From positions 96,001 through 160,000 of IMG/VR virus record IMGVR_UViG_3300023174_000053: a stretch of DNA of 64,000 nucleotides. One strand, given 5' to 3'. The notes below the pieces were generated by a model, which made no database searches, was not told the origin of the DNA, and worked only from the letters and a program-made list of their open reading frames with translations. Shown piece by piece: positions 30,302 to 41,419 of this stretch (positions are counted from its first letter, which is position 1; each line of letters starts with the position of its first letter). A program made the position numbers and the translations under genes. Source of the DNA: a virus.

Positions 30302-31858
30302 TTAGAACTCCAAAACGATTTTAATATCTTCTTTTTGACTTGCTGACCTTGGTATTGGTGGTCTGTTGTCAATATAAATGATTTCACCAGACTTTTTGTT
30401 GTATTCTGCAGATGCAATACCAGCAACAAAGTTGCTTCCCAGTTGATATGTCCTACTATTTATTACAGTACTAATACCAGTAAATGAAGTATCAATACTC
30501 AGTGGTGTTCCAGAAGCAGCACCATTTATTACTAAAGATGAACCAGTAGAACTAAAGTTATTAATTTTATATCCAACACCAACTGTTGCTAGTCCAACTG
30601 GTTGATAATATTTCAAAACACCTGTTACATTGTTCCAAGAAGCAACAAATCCAATTGCAGTAGTTCCAGCACTAATTGTTTGAGTTATTTTTGAATCAAC
30701 TGCATAAGTTGTTAATGTAGTAGCAGCACCAGTTAATTTTAATGCTTTCAAAGCACTTACTTCTGCTGTGGCCAATGGTTCAACATCACTTGTTGTTTTT
30801 GTTGGATTTTTGATAATTCCAATTCTAGCAAAATCATTTCCAATAATAGTATCAGGGTTTGTCTCATCAGTATTATAACGAGAATAAACTAAAACTCTAT
30901 AAGCACCTAGTTCTCTGTAGATATCATACCCATGACCTCCCTTTGGTGGAATAATTACATCAAATTTGGCAATAGTTCCAGTATTTGATAGTGTGTCTGA
31001 AATTCCTGGTGCTCCTGGTTCAAATTGAATAATTCCTTTGGTATATCCAGTTCCACCATCAGTCACATAAGCATCCGAAACTTTTCCAAAAGAATCAACA
31101 ACAACAGTTGCTTTTCCTCCAGTTCCATCACCAAGAATTGGAATATTTGCAAATGTTTTTGAGATTGGGGCATACCCAGAACCTCTATTGGTTATGGTTA
31201 AAATTTGAACCTTTCCGTTGATGGCATTATTTTTAGTTGAAATACTTTCACCGACTGTTCCCCAATCTTCTGGAACTGGAATGAATTCAATAGAATCAAA
31301 TTTTACAATTTCGGATGGTTTGATGGTGTAAAGATATTTCCAAATATAACCATCACCACTCGTTCCTGCAGGTCTTGGTTCTAAATCTACAAAATCTGGT
31401 TGATCTACTGATGGTTTTCCTTTTGTATTTTCTGGATCTGTTCCATTTTGTAAACAAATATAAACTCTCAAATCTTCATTAATTACATAATAGTTTGCAT
31501 CATACAATGATGGGGAGTTTGTAATTGGGGATAAATTGTAAATTGTATAATCATGTCTATACATTTCATAAGTAGTACCACTTCCCCAAGTGTTTTTTCT
31601 TACCATTCTTCTTACGTCACTTCCAGTGACTTTTTTCATAGAAATGATAGTTTCTTTTATTTCATCTTCTTCTTTAAATCCATCCAATGGAGGTAATCCT
31701 TCACCCCAAGACGATGATCCATTTGCTTGAGAATTTAAAGCATTTGGTTGCCCTATAAAAGTATAATAAGTATTGAATGTATTTCCAACACCAACAAGAC
31801 TTTTTGTAAAAGTCTCAGCATTCATTATTCTAAATTGATCTGATATAATTGCAGACAT
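30302..31858 (-). CDS. g8: Baseplate wedge protein gp8
   Basis: MSAIISDQFRI.NA; VYICLQN; DGYIWKYLYTI; SGEIIYIDNR..I.R...QKEDIKIVLEF. Confidence 0.93.
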   Translation of the reverse strand: MSAIISDQFRIMNAETFTKSLVGVGNTFNTYYTFIGQPNALNSQANGSSSWGEGLPPLDGFKEEDEIKETIISMKKVTGSDVRRMVRKNTWGSGTTYEMYRHDYTIYNLSPITNSPSLYDANYYVINEDLRVYICLQNGTDPENTKGKPSVDQPDFVDLEPRPAGTSGDGYIWKYLYTIKPSEIVKFDSIEFIPVPEDWGTVGESISTKNNAINGKVQILTITNRGSGYAPISKTFANIPILGDGTGGKATVVVDSFGKVSDAYVTDGGTGYTKGIIQFEPGAPGISDTLSNTGTIAKFDVIIPPKGGHGYDIYRELGAYRVLVYSRYNTDETNPDTIIGNDFARIGIIKNPTKTTSDVEPLATAEVSALKALKLTGAATTLTTYAVDSKITQTISAGTTAIGFVASWNNVTGVLKYYQPVGLATVGVGYKINNFSSTGSSLVINGAASGTPLSIDTSFTGISTVINSRTYQLGSNFVAGIASAEYNKKSGEIIYIDNRPPIPRSASQKEDIKIVLEF

Positions 31859-31888
31859 TTTAATCGTATACTTTTTTTCTATTTATTA

Positions 31889-34800
31889 CTAAATCAAACC
31901 ACGAGTTCTATAAACTTCTGCTGCTGTAGATAGTCCAGTCAATCCATTATTTGTATTTACAACAAAGTCTTTTGGATTTTCTCTTGCTCTATTTTGATAA
32001 TCATATATTTTACTCCAAGTATATCTTCCATAAAATGTATTAATGCCAACATTTATTGCTTTATTGACACCGTTGGGAACAGGTACAAAATCACATCTTA
32101 CAGTTACTATTCCAGATGATGGATTTGAAGCATTTTCCACTCTGTAAAGACCATCAATAAATGAAGTTGATGTTCCAACTCTAATTCCAGTAGTAGTTGT
32201 TATTCCTGTTAAAGCATAACCAGAAGTTACATTACTGTCATAAATTACAAAATAATCACCTTGTTCCAACTGACTATATGTTACACCAAACTTATCAAGT
32301 GATGAATATCCAATACCAAGATTGGTATTGTCATAAGTTTCTGATTTTAATTTAAATTCCAAAGATGATAAACCAATTCCTATAGTATTAATACCAATAA
32401 TAGTTCCAAAATCACCTTTTGCTTTTATTGAATAAACTTTTTCTCTGTTTGGTTTTGGACTTTCAAAAATAACAGGAGGAATATTTGTTTGTGAGTAACC
32501 AAATCCACCATTTGTGATTGTTACTGAAGATACAATACCGTTTGAAGTTGAAGACGTTGCTGTTGCTCTATTATAAACTGGTTCCGAGTACATAATTGTT
32601 GCGGCAGAACCAACTACAACATATCTTCCTTCAGAACTTAATGATGGAACAAAAATCAAATCTTTAATTGTATTTGATTGATTTGTTGATCTTTGTTCCC
32701 AAGTTGATAGATCTAATGAATAATATAACTTTCCATCAGTATCCAATACAACATAAACACCATCATAGTAGTTTATATTTGTTAAATTATTTGTAATATT
32801 TACATTAGTTTGTAAATCCCAAGTTATTCCATTTTGAGATGTTATAATTACACCACTATTTCCCACTGCAACAAATTTAGATCCATCCCATATAACTTTA
32901 TTTAAATTTTGTGTTGTTAAATTTGATATATTCCATTTATTTACATCAGGAGTGTTATTTACATCAGGAGTGGAATAATAAATTCTTCCACCATCTCCAA
33001 CTACAACAAAAGTACTATTATTATTTGAGACTGAATTTAGATTTTTTGTGTTTGTTTTATTTTTTTCAAAAAATTCTGTTGTTCCAATTCCAACTGCAAT
33101 AAAAATTGGGGACTTATTGACGATTGAAGTTTTACCAACAGCAACAAAAGTTTCTTTAGATGAGGAATAAGAGATGTCTTTAAATTCTCCATCGTATGTA
33201 CTAACGTTGTCTTCTGGTAATTGGTTATCATTTCCCTCACTAATTCTATTAGTTAATTTACATTCTACCCAAGTAGATAATCCAGTCCCAATCCCTGTTG
33301 CTCTTATAATTTTTCCAGTTTGTCCTACAGCAACATAAGTATTTGTTCCCGCAAATGTAACAGAATTAAATGCTATTGAATTTCCATATCCAACATTACT
33401 ATTAGACCAAGAAATTCCATCTACACTCTTAACTAAAAGACTGCTTGTTCCAACACCAACAAAAATATTTCCATAAGTGATTGATTTTATTTCATAATTT
33501 GTAGTTATTCCAGTAGTTCCTTTCCAATCATAAATTGGATCCTTTCTTGTTATAAATGCCGAAGAAATTGTAACCGATGGATTTGCAACTTGATATCCAG
33601 AACCAGAATCTATAATTGTAATACTTGAAACAGTCGATGCCACAGAAACACTAGCAGTTCCAGTTGCAAACCCAACTGTTTTATTATCAAGAACAATAAT
33701 ATCTCTTAGATCTTCTGCTAATCCTCTACCAACATCTTCCATGAATAATGGAAAAGCATTATTTACGTATATTGTAGTATCATTTTTTTCAACTGATTTG
33801 ATAATTCTTGTTGTTGGTGTATTTCTTGATTTTAAATCTGGTCTTCCTTTTGAATACAAAACACCATTAATAATTCTATCTCTTGTTTGTTTTGTCCATC
33901 TAAGAGGTCTTGCTTTTTTCGAATCAGTATTAATTCCAAGACTATCATAAGGAAATGTATCAAATATATCTTCAGAAACAATTTTCTTCACCACACGTTC
34001 AAACTGTTCTCTATCATATGGATCTGATATATTTTCTCCAATTTGAATCGAGTCACCTTCTTTAATTGTTCTTGGTGGATCTATTATTTCTACATCCAAA
34101 TCTGACCCTCTATAATATAAAATTAAACATTTTGAATTTGCTTTTGGTGCTTCACTAAAAATTATTTGAGACCCAATTATATTATAAGATTCTCCTGGTT
34201 TTTGTAAAATATCGTTTATAAAAATAAAAAAGTTATTACTTTTATTTAAATCCGAACCTGGAATTGTTCTCACCGAAAACGTATCTGTTACACCAAGAGT
34301 TGTAACAGTTAATAAGAATTTGCGTTTTTTCCCAGTAAAAAATGGGGCAAGACTGTTAATTCTAACAAATTGTCCTGGATAAAAACCACCAAATTTATCT
34401 GTAAATGTTTCCAACACCGTCATTCTAAATTCACTAAATCCCACCCCGACTAATGGATTTGTAGTAATACCAACAACTTTTAATACTTCACCAACTTTGT
34501 AACCATATCCAGGATCATCCAAATTGAGTCCAGTAATACTAGAACCATTACTTACAATCATAGAGATCTTTGCTCCTTCTCCAACACCACTAGAACCACC
34601 AGTATAAGCAACACCAAGATTGCTATAATTTGGGGGAATTGGTATGTTGATTATTGGTTTTGCAGCAGTTGTATAACCAGTTCCTGCATTTACTATAGTC
34701 AGTGAGGTTACTGTTCCTCCAGAACCAATTGAAGCAGTGATCGTAGCACCACTACCAATTGTAGAAGCAATACTAATTACTGGAGCAATCCTATAACCAC

Positions 34801-36916
34801 TTCCAGCACCAGTTAAGTAAATATTTGATATTGTGCCAGCAACAGAAACAGAAACCGTTGCAGAGGCACCTACAAGGGGTTGATAACCATATCCAGTCGT
34901 AATGGCAACTCTAACAATTTTTCCAACATTTGGAACTCCACCTATAAACTTAATAGTATTATTTCCTTCAGTATCAATAATAAAATCACTATCAGATATT
35001 TGTGAAATATTATTCAATAAAATAAATGGGTTATTGTTTATACTTGAACTGCTATTAGTATTAGAATATAATGCGGATACATTTTCACCATTTGATTTTA
35101 ACACAACATTCAATCTTGTAATATTGAATGTTGTTGTGGCAATTCCAGTATTTACATTATGATTTGGAGCAATAGTAATTGACCCAACACCTATAGATTG
35201 AATAACTGTATTTCTTACAATATATTCATTTTCTGTATATTCTAAATTTAGAACATCTCCTAAACTTAAAGAAGATGTAATAATTCCACTAATTATATTT
35301 TTACTTGAAAAATTTAGAGTTCCTGTTTTAATTCCTACTGTTTCTGCCTTTCCGGTAAAATCTTTAGAAATGTCATCAATAATTAAATTTTTATCTGATG
35401 GTTTTCCTGGATCAAATCTTCTTGAGAACAATCTTCCTTGAAATGACGAATTTACCTGCAAACTTTCTTGACCTATTTTTCCATATGGTGGATCGGTAAA
35501 ATAAATTGTATCTTTAACTATATTAAAATCACCTCTCATTACAGTAACTGCTGCTCCAACAGTATGACCTGCTGCTGTTGTTCCATAATATCCACGATCT
35601 ACAATCACACTATTAGTTGAACCAATACCAACCGATCTGACTTTCATTAATTCAGAATCAATCATCAAAACATCCAAAGATGTTAATGAAGAAATACCAG
35701 ATCTCAAATAGATTGTATTTCCAATCCCAATTGATGTTGCTGCGTATGATACATTACCTCTTCTGTATAGTGGTGATTGGATTATATTATCAATCGTGAT
35801 TAAAGCACTTGAATTTGGTTCTGGGTAGGTGAATGAATGAGTTCCAATTCCATAAGTTTTAATATCTAAATCAGAAGATGAAGATAGGCCAGATACTTTG
35901 AATTGATTATCATTTAATTTATCAATATATAAAATTTTTGGTAAAATATCAGTTCCCAAAAGTGTTGGTGAAAGATATAAATTATCTGCTGGTGTAGAAC
36001 CACCAATATATGTTCCAGCAATACTAATAATGTCTGTAGGAGTTGAAGATGTGCTTGTAGTTCCAACACCAACCACTCCTATCGAATAACTTCTTCCACC
36101 ATTTGCAACTTGAACTGAACTAATTTTTCCTGTAGAATCTCTTGATACATTAAATGTTGCTCCAGAACCAACACCAACTGTTGTAGTGCCAGCAACACCA
36201 GTATATGTTGCATTTGCTGCTGCTACTATTGCTGTACTTGAAACTTTAGATACTTTAAATGATAATGTATTGGTTGGATTTGTTCCTCCAAAATTAGTTC
36301 CAGCAATTGAAACCGTATTTCCTATTCCATATCCTCTTCCACCATCTTTAAGAATGATAGATGTTGAAATTGGATTTCCAGTTGCTAAACCATCATAAGT
36401 AATCCAAACTTCAAATGTTGCTCCAGTTCCAATTCCAGACGTAGTAGATTGAAGTGGATTTCCAAATCCATAAATGCGACTTAAAGCATTTGGTATTGAA
36501 GTAGACACACCAGTGATTGTAGTAGTGATTGCTACATTATATCCATTTTCAAATATTGCACTTCCTATACCACCACTCACACCCATTATAATCCCACCAC
36601 CATATTCTTTAGTCACAAATTGTGATTCAACTAAAGATGTTGTGCCAATACCAATTTTTGTTCCTGTTTCTGTTACTACTGGATAATATCCAGATCCACC
36701 ATTAATTATTTTTACACTTTTAATGGAACCACCAGAAATTATAGGATAAAAAACTCCTTCTATTACTGGTGTTGCAGTATTTTGTATGGTAATTTTTGGT
36801 GGATTTGTTGAAGCATATCCAGAACCACCATTAAAAACAAGAATTTTTGAGACAGTATAAAACTCTGTCTCAAACTCTGGTTGAAGAATTGCACCTGACC
36901 CCGGAACTGTTCGCAT
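31889..36916 (-). CDS. Large baseplate/virion protein; apparent C-terminal part of a cyanophage gp7-like wedge initiator, with a beta-propeller-like (FVAVG..G) insert
   Basis: IDNIIQSP, SSFQGR.F, IDDIS..F.G, FINDILQ.PG, YYRGS, YGRYTW motifs; directly precedes g8; own AATAAATA promoter at 36945-36952. Confidence 0.75.
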   Translation of the reverse strand: MRTVPGSGAILQPEFETEFYTVSKILVFNGGSGYASTNPPKITIQNTATPVIEGVFYPIISGGSIKSVKIINGGSGYYPVVTETGTKIGIGTTSLVESQFVTKEYGGGIIMGVSGGIGSAIFENGYNVAITTTITGVSTSIPNALSRIYGFGNPLQSTTSGIGTGATFEVWITYDGLATGNPISTSIILKDGGRGYGIGNTVSIAGTNFGGTNPTNTLSFKVSKVSSTAIVAAANATYTGVAGTTTVGVGSGATFNVSRDSTGKISSVQVANGGRSYSIGVVGVGTTSTSSTPTDIISIAGTYIGGSTPADNLYLSPTLLGTDILPKILYIDKLNDNQFKVSGLSSSSDLDIKTYGIGTHSFTYPEPNSSALITIDNIIQSPLYRRGNVSYAATSIGIGNTIYLRSGISSLTSLDVLMIDSELMKVRSVGIGSTNSVIVDRGYYGTTAAGHTVGAAVTVMRGDFNIVKDTIYFTDPPYGKIGQESLQVNSSFQGRLFSRRFDPGKPSDKNLIIDDISKDFTGKAETVGIKTGTLNFSSKNIISGIITSSLSLGDVLNLEYTENEYIVRNTVIQSIGVGSITIAPNHNVNTGIATTTFNITRLNVVLKSNGENVSALYSNTNSSSSINNNPFILLNNISQISDSDFIIDTEGNNTIKFIGGVPNVGKIVRVAITTGYGYQPLVGASATVSVSVAGTISNIYLTGAGSGYRIAPVISIASTIGSGATITASIGSGGTVTSLTIVNAGTGYTTAAKPIINIPIPPNYSNLGVAYTGGSSGVGEGAKISMIVSNGSSITGLNLDDPGYGYKVGEVLKVVGITTNPLVGVGFSEFRMTVLETFTDKFGGFYPGQFVRINSLAPFFTGKKRKFLLTVTTLGVTDTFSVRTIPGSDLNKSNNFFIFINDILQKPGESYNIIGSQIIFSEAPKANSKCLILYYRGSDLDVEIIDPPRTIKEGDSIQIGENISDPYDREQFERVVKKIVSEDIFDTFPYDSLGINTDSKKARPLRWTKQTRDRIINGVLYSKGRPDLKSRNTPTTRIIKSVEKNDTTIYVNNAFPLFMEDVGRGLAEDLRDIIVLDNKTVGFATGTASVSVASTVSSITIIDSGSGYQVANPSVTISSAFITRKDPIYDWKGTTGITTNYEIKSITYGNIFVGVGTSSLLVKSVDGISWSNSNVGYGNSIAFNSVTFAGTNTYVAVGQTGKIIRATGIGTGLSTWVECKLTNRISEGNDNQLPEDNVSTYDGEFKDISYSSSKETFVAVGKTSIVNKSPIFIAVGIGTTEFFEKNKTNTKNLNSVSNNNSTFVVVGDGGRIYYSTPDVNNTPDVNKWNISNLTTQNLNKVIWDGSKFVAVGNSGVIITSQNGITWDLQTNVNITNNLTNINYYDGVYVVLDTDGKLYYSLDLSTWEQRSTNQSNTIKDLIFVPSLSSEGRYVVVGSAATIMYSEPVYNRATATSSTSNGIVSSVTITNGGFGYSQTNIPPVIFESPKPNREKVYSIKAKGDFGTIIGINTIGIGLSSLEFKLKSETYDNTNLGIGYSSLDKFGVTYSQLEQGDYFVIYDSNVTSGYALTGITTTTGIRVGTSTSFIDGLYRVENASNPSSGIVTVRCDFVPVPNGVNKAINVGINTFYGRYTWSKIYDYQNRARENPKDFVVNTNNGLTGLSTAAEVYRTRGLI
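32937..32972. repeat. Perfect 18-bp tandem duplication (TPDVNN-TPDVNK)
   Basis: ttatttacatcaggagtg x2. Confidence 0.85.
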
Positions 36917-36973
36917 TATTACGAAAATTACTCTTTTATTCTTATATTTATTGGGTATTAAAAAGTCAATGAC

Positions 36974-39475
36974 TTATGGAACTAAAACTGTACTTAAAAG
37001 ACCTGCATTACTTACTATTAGTCTATATTTTGTTCCATTTTGGGAGGTTAATATTATGCCTTGTGATGTGTCAATACCAACTCTTATGTCTCCACCAACA
37101 ACGTGAAGTTTTGATGTTGGATTTGTAGTTCCAATACCAATATTTCCATTTTTTCTAACATCTAAACTATATTTTGAACCCAAAGTATACATTTCACCAG
37201 TTTTATTCCCAGTGAAAGCACTAAAATTATTATTAATAAAAGTAACTTCAGTTATAGTTGAACCAACTCCAAGAGGATATGATCCTACTAGACTAGGAAC
37301 AGTTGAATTTGAAGGATAAGATTGGTCTTCATATCCATAAGATTGCCCAGTTCCAGTATAATTTGTTGTCAATCCAACAATATTATTAATATATTTCGAA
37401 TATGATGAATCAAAGTTTTTATCTACAATCGTGTTGCTATTGAGCATAAGTACTCGACCAGCAATCCCAGAATTTCCTGGTGAGGTTATTCCATTATCAT
37501 AAATTAAATTATCACTTACAATACAATATTTTCCACCTTGGTCAATTCCAGCACCAGAGTTTCCATATATTACGTTATTTGTAATCTTGGAATTAAAGGC
37601 CCAGTTTTCAATTCCACCACATTTATAATCATTTACATCTGTTCCAGATCCACCAGTAATAATATTTTTATCAATATGAATATTATAAACATTCTTATAA
37701 CCGAGAGTTGTATAATAAGGATCTACGTCAATTGTAATACCTGCACCAAATCCAAATCCTTTAATATAATTATTTGTGATTATAGAGGAATGACAAGCAA
37801 AAATTGTAGCAGAATTTATAAATGTATTTGAATCTACAATAATATTATATGATAGACGTAAAGGTGTATAATAAGTAGAATATGTTACAGTTAGTCCCTG
37901 ATTTTGGGTGTTTGCTGTAGATGTTCTGTAAAAATAATTATCTTTTACTATTCCATTCACTACTGAATTTAAGAATAAACCCTGTTTATCAAATTTAATA
38001 AATGAACAATTTTTTACATTTATACTATCAGTAAATGTAAAATTCAATAGTGCGTCAGTTGAATCATTAGTATAATTATTTCCATCAAAAGTTATATGTT
38101 CAATAGTGATATTATTTTTACCAGTAGCTGATAGTAAAGATATACCCGCAGTTAAACCAACATTTTGTCTTAGATACGTTGCACTTACTCCAGCACCAAC
38201 AACTCTAACATTAGAAGGAATAGTAACTCCTGTTGTGCCACTCAATATATAAGTTCCAGGAGGAATATATAAAGTTCCACCAGAAGTCAAAGAGTTTAAA
38301 GCATTTTGAATCGAAGTAGTATCATTTGTCGTGCCATCACCTTTTGCTCCAAAATTCTTTGCACTTATCCACATTCCAGAAAATCCACCAGTAGCAGTTA
38401 TAATACCAGTAGTATTAATGCTAGCAGTTGTAGAGAACCCAAGAGCAGTTGTAGCAGTAGATGCTATACCAACAAGACCTCCTACAAATCTAGTAGCAGT
38501 TATAATACCAGTAGTATTAATACTAGCAGTTGTGGAGAACCCAAGAGCAGTTGTAGCAGTAGATGCTATACCAACAAGACCTCCTACAAATCTAGTAGCA
38601 GTTATAATACCAGAAGTGTTTATACTAGCAGTTGTAGAGAACCCAAGAGCAGTAGTTGCTGTTGTAGCAGTTCCAGTAATTGTTCCTGATACTTTCAAAC
38701 TACCAACAACTTCAAGAGTTGCAGTTGGATTTGTGATTCCTATACCAAGATTACCAGAAACATAAGCACCACCAATAACATCAAGTTTATTATTTGGAAG
38801 TGTGCTTCCAATACCAACTCTTCTATCGGCGATTGATTGTAATACTAAAGGAGTTCCAGCAGCCGAAGTATTGAGAACAAGTGGTTTTGCAAAAGAATTT
38901 ATAATTTGACTATTTAATGAAGAATCATAACCAATAACTAATCCTCTTATAATACCAGTCCCTTCTACTGCATTAGTAATCTGTATGAAACTATCATGAA
39001 CTTGTAATTTATAATCACTTGATGGTGTATTTGTGTTGATGCCGACATAACCATTTTGATTAATTACAAAAGGAGTTGCATCTGGATTTGTTTCGTCTTC
39101 AACCACCAAGGCATTACCAGAACCAGTTTGAGTAATTCTTAATGCATCAGTCGAACTATTAACTGATATTGTTGAAACCCCAGCATTAATCTGACCATTA
39201 AATGTAGTTGCTGTTACAACACCAGTAAAGTTTCCATCACCAACCACTGATAGTTTTGCTGTTGGATTTGTGCTTCCAATACCAAGATTACCAGAAACAT
39301 AAGCACCACCAGTTACTTGGAGTGGTTGTGATGTAGTACCTGTAACTGATGTTGAACCAATTAAACAATTCCCATAAAGGTGATTAATCATCACCTTACC
39401 ATCAGTTGAAACACCAACTAAAGGTATTCCATCATTATCATTAATGTTAAAAAATGTTCCTGTGTTGTTTGCCAT
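36974..39475 (-). CDS. Tail fibre/spike protein with a right-handed beta-helix (pectate-lyase-3-like) domain
   Basis: N.GIG.TNP...L.V.G fibre repeats; SAKNFGAKGDGTTNDT..IQ.A...GGTLYIPPGTY; Asn-rich parallel beta-helix repeats. Confidence 0.85.
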   Translation of the reverse strand: MANNTGTFFNINDNDGIPLVGVSTDGKVMINHLYGNCLIGSTSVTGTTSQPLQVTGGAYVSGNLGIGSTNPTAKLSVVGDGNFTGVVTATTFNGQINAGVSTISVNSSTDALRITQTGSGNALVVEDETNPDATPFVINQNGYVGINTNTPSSDYKLQVHDSFIQITNAVEGTGIIRGLVIGYDSSLNSQIINSFAKPLVLNTSAAGTPLVLQSIADRRVGIGSTLPNNKLDVIGGAYVSGNLGIGITNPTATLEVVGSLKVSGTITGTATTATTALGFSTTASINTSGIITATRFVGGLVGIASTATTALGFSTTASINTTGIITATRFVGGLVGIASTATTALGFSTTASINTTGIITATGGFSGMWISAKNFGAKGDGTTNDTTSIQNALNSLTSGGTLYIPPGTYILSGTTGVTIPSNVRVVGAGVSATYLRQNVGLTAGISLLSATGKNNITIEHITFDGNNYTNDSTDALLNFTFTDSINVKNCSFIKFDKQGLFLNSVVNGIVKDNYFYRTSTANTQNQGLTVTYSTYYTPLRLSYNIIVDSNTFINSATIFACHSSIITNNYIKGFGFGAGITIDVDPYYTTLGYKNVYNIHIDKNIITGGSGTDVNDYKCGGIENWAFNSKITNNVIYGNSGAGIDQGGKYCIVSDNLIYDNGITSPGNSGIAGRVLMLNSNTIVDKNFDSSYSKYINNIVGLTTNYTGTGQSYGYEDQSYPSNSTVPSLVGSYPLGVGSTITEVTFINNNFSAFTGNKTGEMYTLGSKYSLDVRKNGNIGIGTTNPTSKLHVVGGDIRVGIDTSQGIILTSQNGTKYRLIVSNAGLLSTVLVP
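38391..38660. repeat. 102-bp (34-aa) tandem repeat, about 2.6 copies, in the fibre shaft
   Basis: ATTALGFSTTASINT[S/T]GIITATRFVGGLVGIAST; gtagcagttataataccag recurs at 38391, 38493 and 38595. Confidence 0.9.
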
Positions 39476-39490
39476 TTTTCTTTAATACCT

Positions 39491-41392
39491 TTATTGATTT
39501 ATATTGTTTCCAACCTGATTTGTTGGGAATAATCTAGAAAACTTAGAACTTGGAGACCATATAATCCTCACAACACCTTGTCCTCCATTTCCACCACTAT
39601 TTGTTCCTGAGGTAGTACCATCACCTCCTCCACCTCCACCACCATACAAACCACCAGCAGCACCATTAATAGTTGATGCCGTTACTCCATTTGATCCACC
39701 AGATCCAGCATTTCCACCCCCATTAGACGTAGAAACACCAGAAGAACCTTGTCCTAATATACCAGTTCCTCCACCACCATTAGCACCAAAAGTAGAAGAA
39801 TTAATATCACCTCTAGAACCACCGCCTGCTCCACCGCCAGACCCAGCAGCACCATTATCATCACCATCACCACCACCAGAACCACCATTACCTACATATC
39901 CAGCAGTACCTCCACCTCCAGCACCATAAGTTAATGTTGATTTTCCTCCCACACCTCCTGTTGCTCCTCCAATGTTGATAGTTCCAGTACCACCAAGACC
40001 AATTGGATCACCGATAGTCCAGGTTGAACCGCCCTTTCCTCCAAATGCTGTGGCAATTCCTACAATTTGACTATCTCCACCATTACCTCCATTACCAACA
40101 CCACCAGCACCACCAGCACCAACAATAACACTAAAAACTTGACCTGCAGATACTGGGAAATCATTAATATATCTTAATCCTCCTCCACCTCCACCTTGTC
40201 CTCCACCAGAACCTCCGCCACCACCACCTGCTCCACCACCACCAATCAATACAGCAGAAATCTTTGTTACACCAGTAGGAACAGTAAAGGTATTACTTCC
40301 AGCAGTAGTAAATGTACTAGATAAACCAGTCATATTCAATATCTGTGTTCCAATCACCGTTGAACCATTTACAGATAGTGAAGATGCTGGGTTTGTGGTT
40401 CCAATGCCTATTGAATTGGAAAAATAAGAATTACCAACAAAAGTAGAAACACCAGAAACATAAACATTAGTAGCAGTAATAAAACCTACTGTTGCAACTC
40501 CAACATAAGCATTAGTAGCAGTAATAAAACCTACTGTTGCAACTCCAACATAAGCATTAGTAGCAGTTAAGAATCCTACTGTTGCAATTCCAATATAAGC
40601 ACTAGTAGCAGTTAAGAATCCTACTGTCGTAATGCCAGGACCGACTTGAAGTTGTGTAATAGAACCAATACCACCAATAACATTTGTAGAAGTTCTAGCA
40701 GTTGCAACAATACTAGAAACCTCACCAGTAATTGTTCCAGTAACTTTTAGATTTCCTTGAACATGAAGAGATTCTGTTGGATTTGTAGTTCCAATACCAA
40801 CTGAACCACCAACATAAACACCACTACTAATACCAGTAATCTGAAGAACTTGACCTGTTGTTCCTGTAGAAGTTCCACCACCTATCAGAACTGGTCCGTT
40901 TGTAAATGTAGAAATTCCAGTAACTTGAAGTTGTGTAATGGAACCAATACCACCAATAACACTTGTAGAAGTTCCAGCATTAGTAGCGTAAGTTGCTATA
41001 CCTGCTGTTACAGCATAACCAGCAGAAGAAGCATTGCCACTAAAACTTAATGCGGTAACTACTCCCGTAAATCTACCATCACCAATAACATGAAGGTTTG
41101 ATGATGGATTTGTGGTTCCAATACCAACAGAACCTGTGATAAAAGTATCTCCAGATACTTGAAGTTTTGAGGTTCCTGTTTGTATTCCAGAACCAACTAA
41201 TATTGGTCCATTAGTAAATGTAGAAAGTCCAGCAACTGTGATGGATAAAAGACTATTTGTTATATTTGTTCCGTCCCCAAGAGCAGTATAAATTTCACTA
41301 AAGTTGCTATTAATCTTTACAGCACCTTGAGCTAAGGTATCTCCAGTAGTATCATTTGCTGAGGTTCCAGTAAATATTCCTAGTTTCGCCAT
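39491..41392 (-). CDS. Fibre protein with gp9/gp10-like N-terminal attachment motif and glycine-rich C-terminal domain
   Basis: MAK.GI.TGT.ANDTTGDTL..GA.KIN.NF.EIY; GIGTTNP repeats; FTVP.GVT.I....GGGG.GG...G..G.VRIIW. Confidence 0.82.
   Translation of the reverse strand: MAKLGIFTGTSANDTTGDTLAQGAVKINSNFSEIYTALGDGTNITNSLLSITVAGLSTFTNGPILVGSGIQTGTSKLQVSGDTFITGSVGIGTTNPSSNLHVIGDGRFTGVVTALSFSGNASSAGYAVTAGIATYATNAGTSTSVIGGIGSITQLQVTGISTFTNGPVLIGGGTSTGTTGQVLQITGISSGVYVGGSVGIGTTNPTESLHVQGNLKVTGTITGEVSSIVATARTSTNVIGGIGSITQLQVGPGITTVGFLTATSAYIGIATVGFLTATNAYVGVATVGFITATNAYVGVATVGFITATNVYVSGVSTFVGNSYFSNSIGIGTTNPASSLSVNGSTVIGTQILNMTGLSSTFTTAGSNTFTVPTGVTKISAVLIGGGGAGGGGGGSGGGQGGGGGGLRYINDFPVSAGQVFSVIVGAGGAGGVGNGGNGGDSQIVGIATAFGGKGGSTWTIGDPIGLGGTGTINIGGATGGVGGKSTLTYGAGGGGTAGYVGNGGSGGGDGDDNGAAGSGGGAGGGSRGDINSSTFGANGGGGTGILGQGSSGVSTSNGGGNAGSGGSNGVTASTINGAAGGLYGGGGGGGDGTTSGTNSGGNGGQGVVRIIWSPSSKFSRLFPTNQVGNNINQ
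40456..40630. repeat. 45-bp (15-aa) tandem repeat, about 4 copies
   Basis: TVGF[L/I]TAT[S/N]AY[I/V]G[I/V]A repeated. Confidence 0.88.
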
Positions 41393-41419
41393 TATTTAAT
41401 AGACTGCCTTTTTGTTTAT

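Noticed and set aside
36974-41392. Diversity-generating retroelement acting on the fibre genes
   Set aside because: No reverse transcriptase and no TR/VR pair with adenine-specific mismatches seen; repeats are in-frame tandem shaft units
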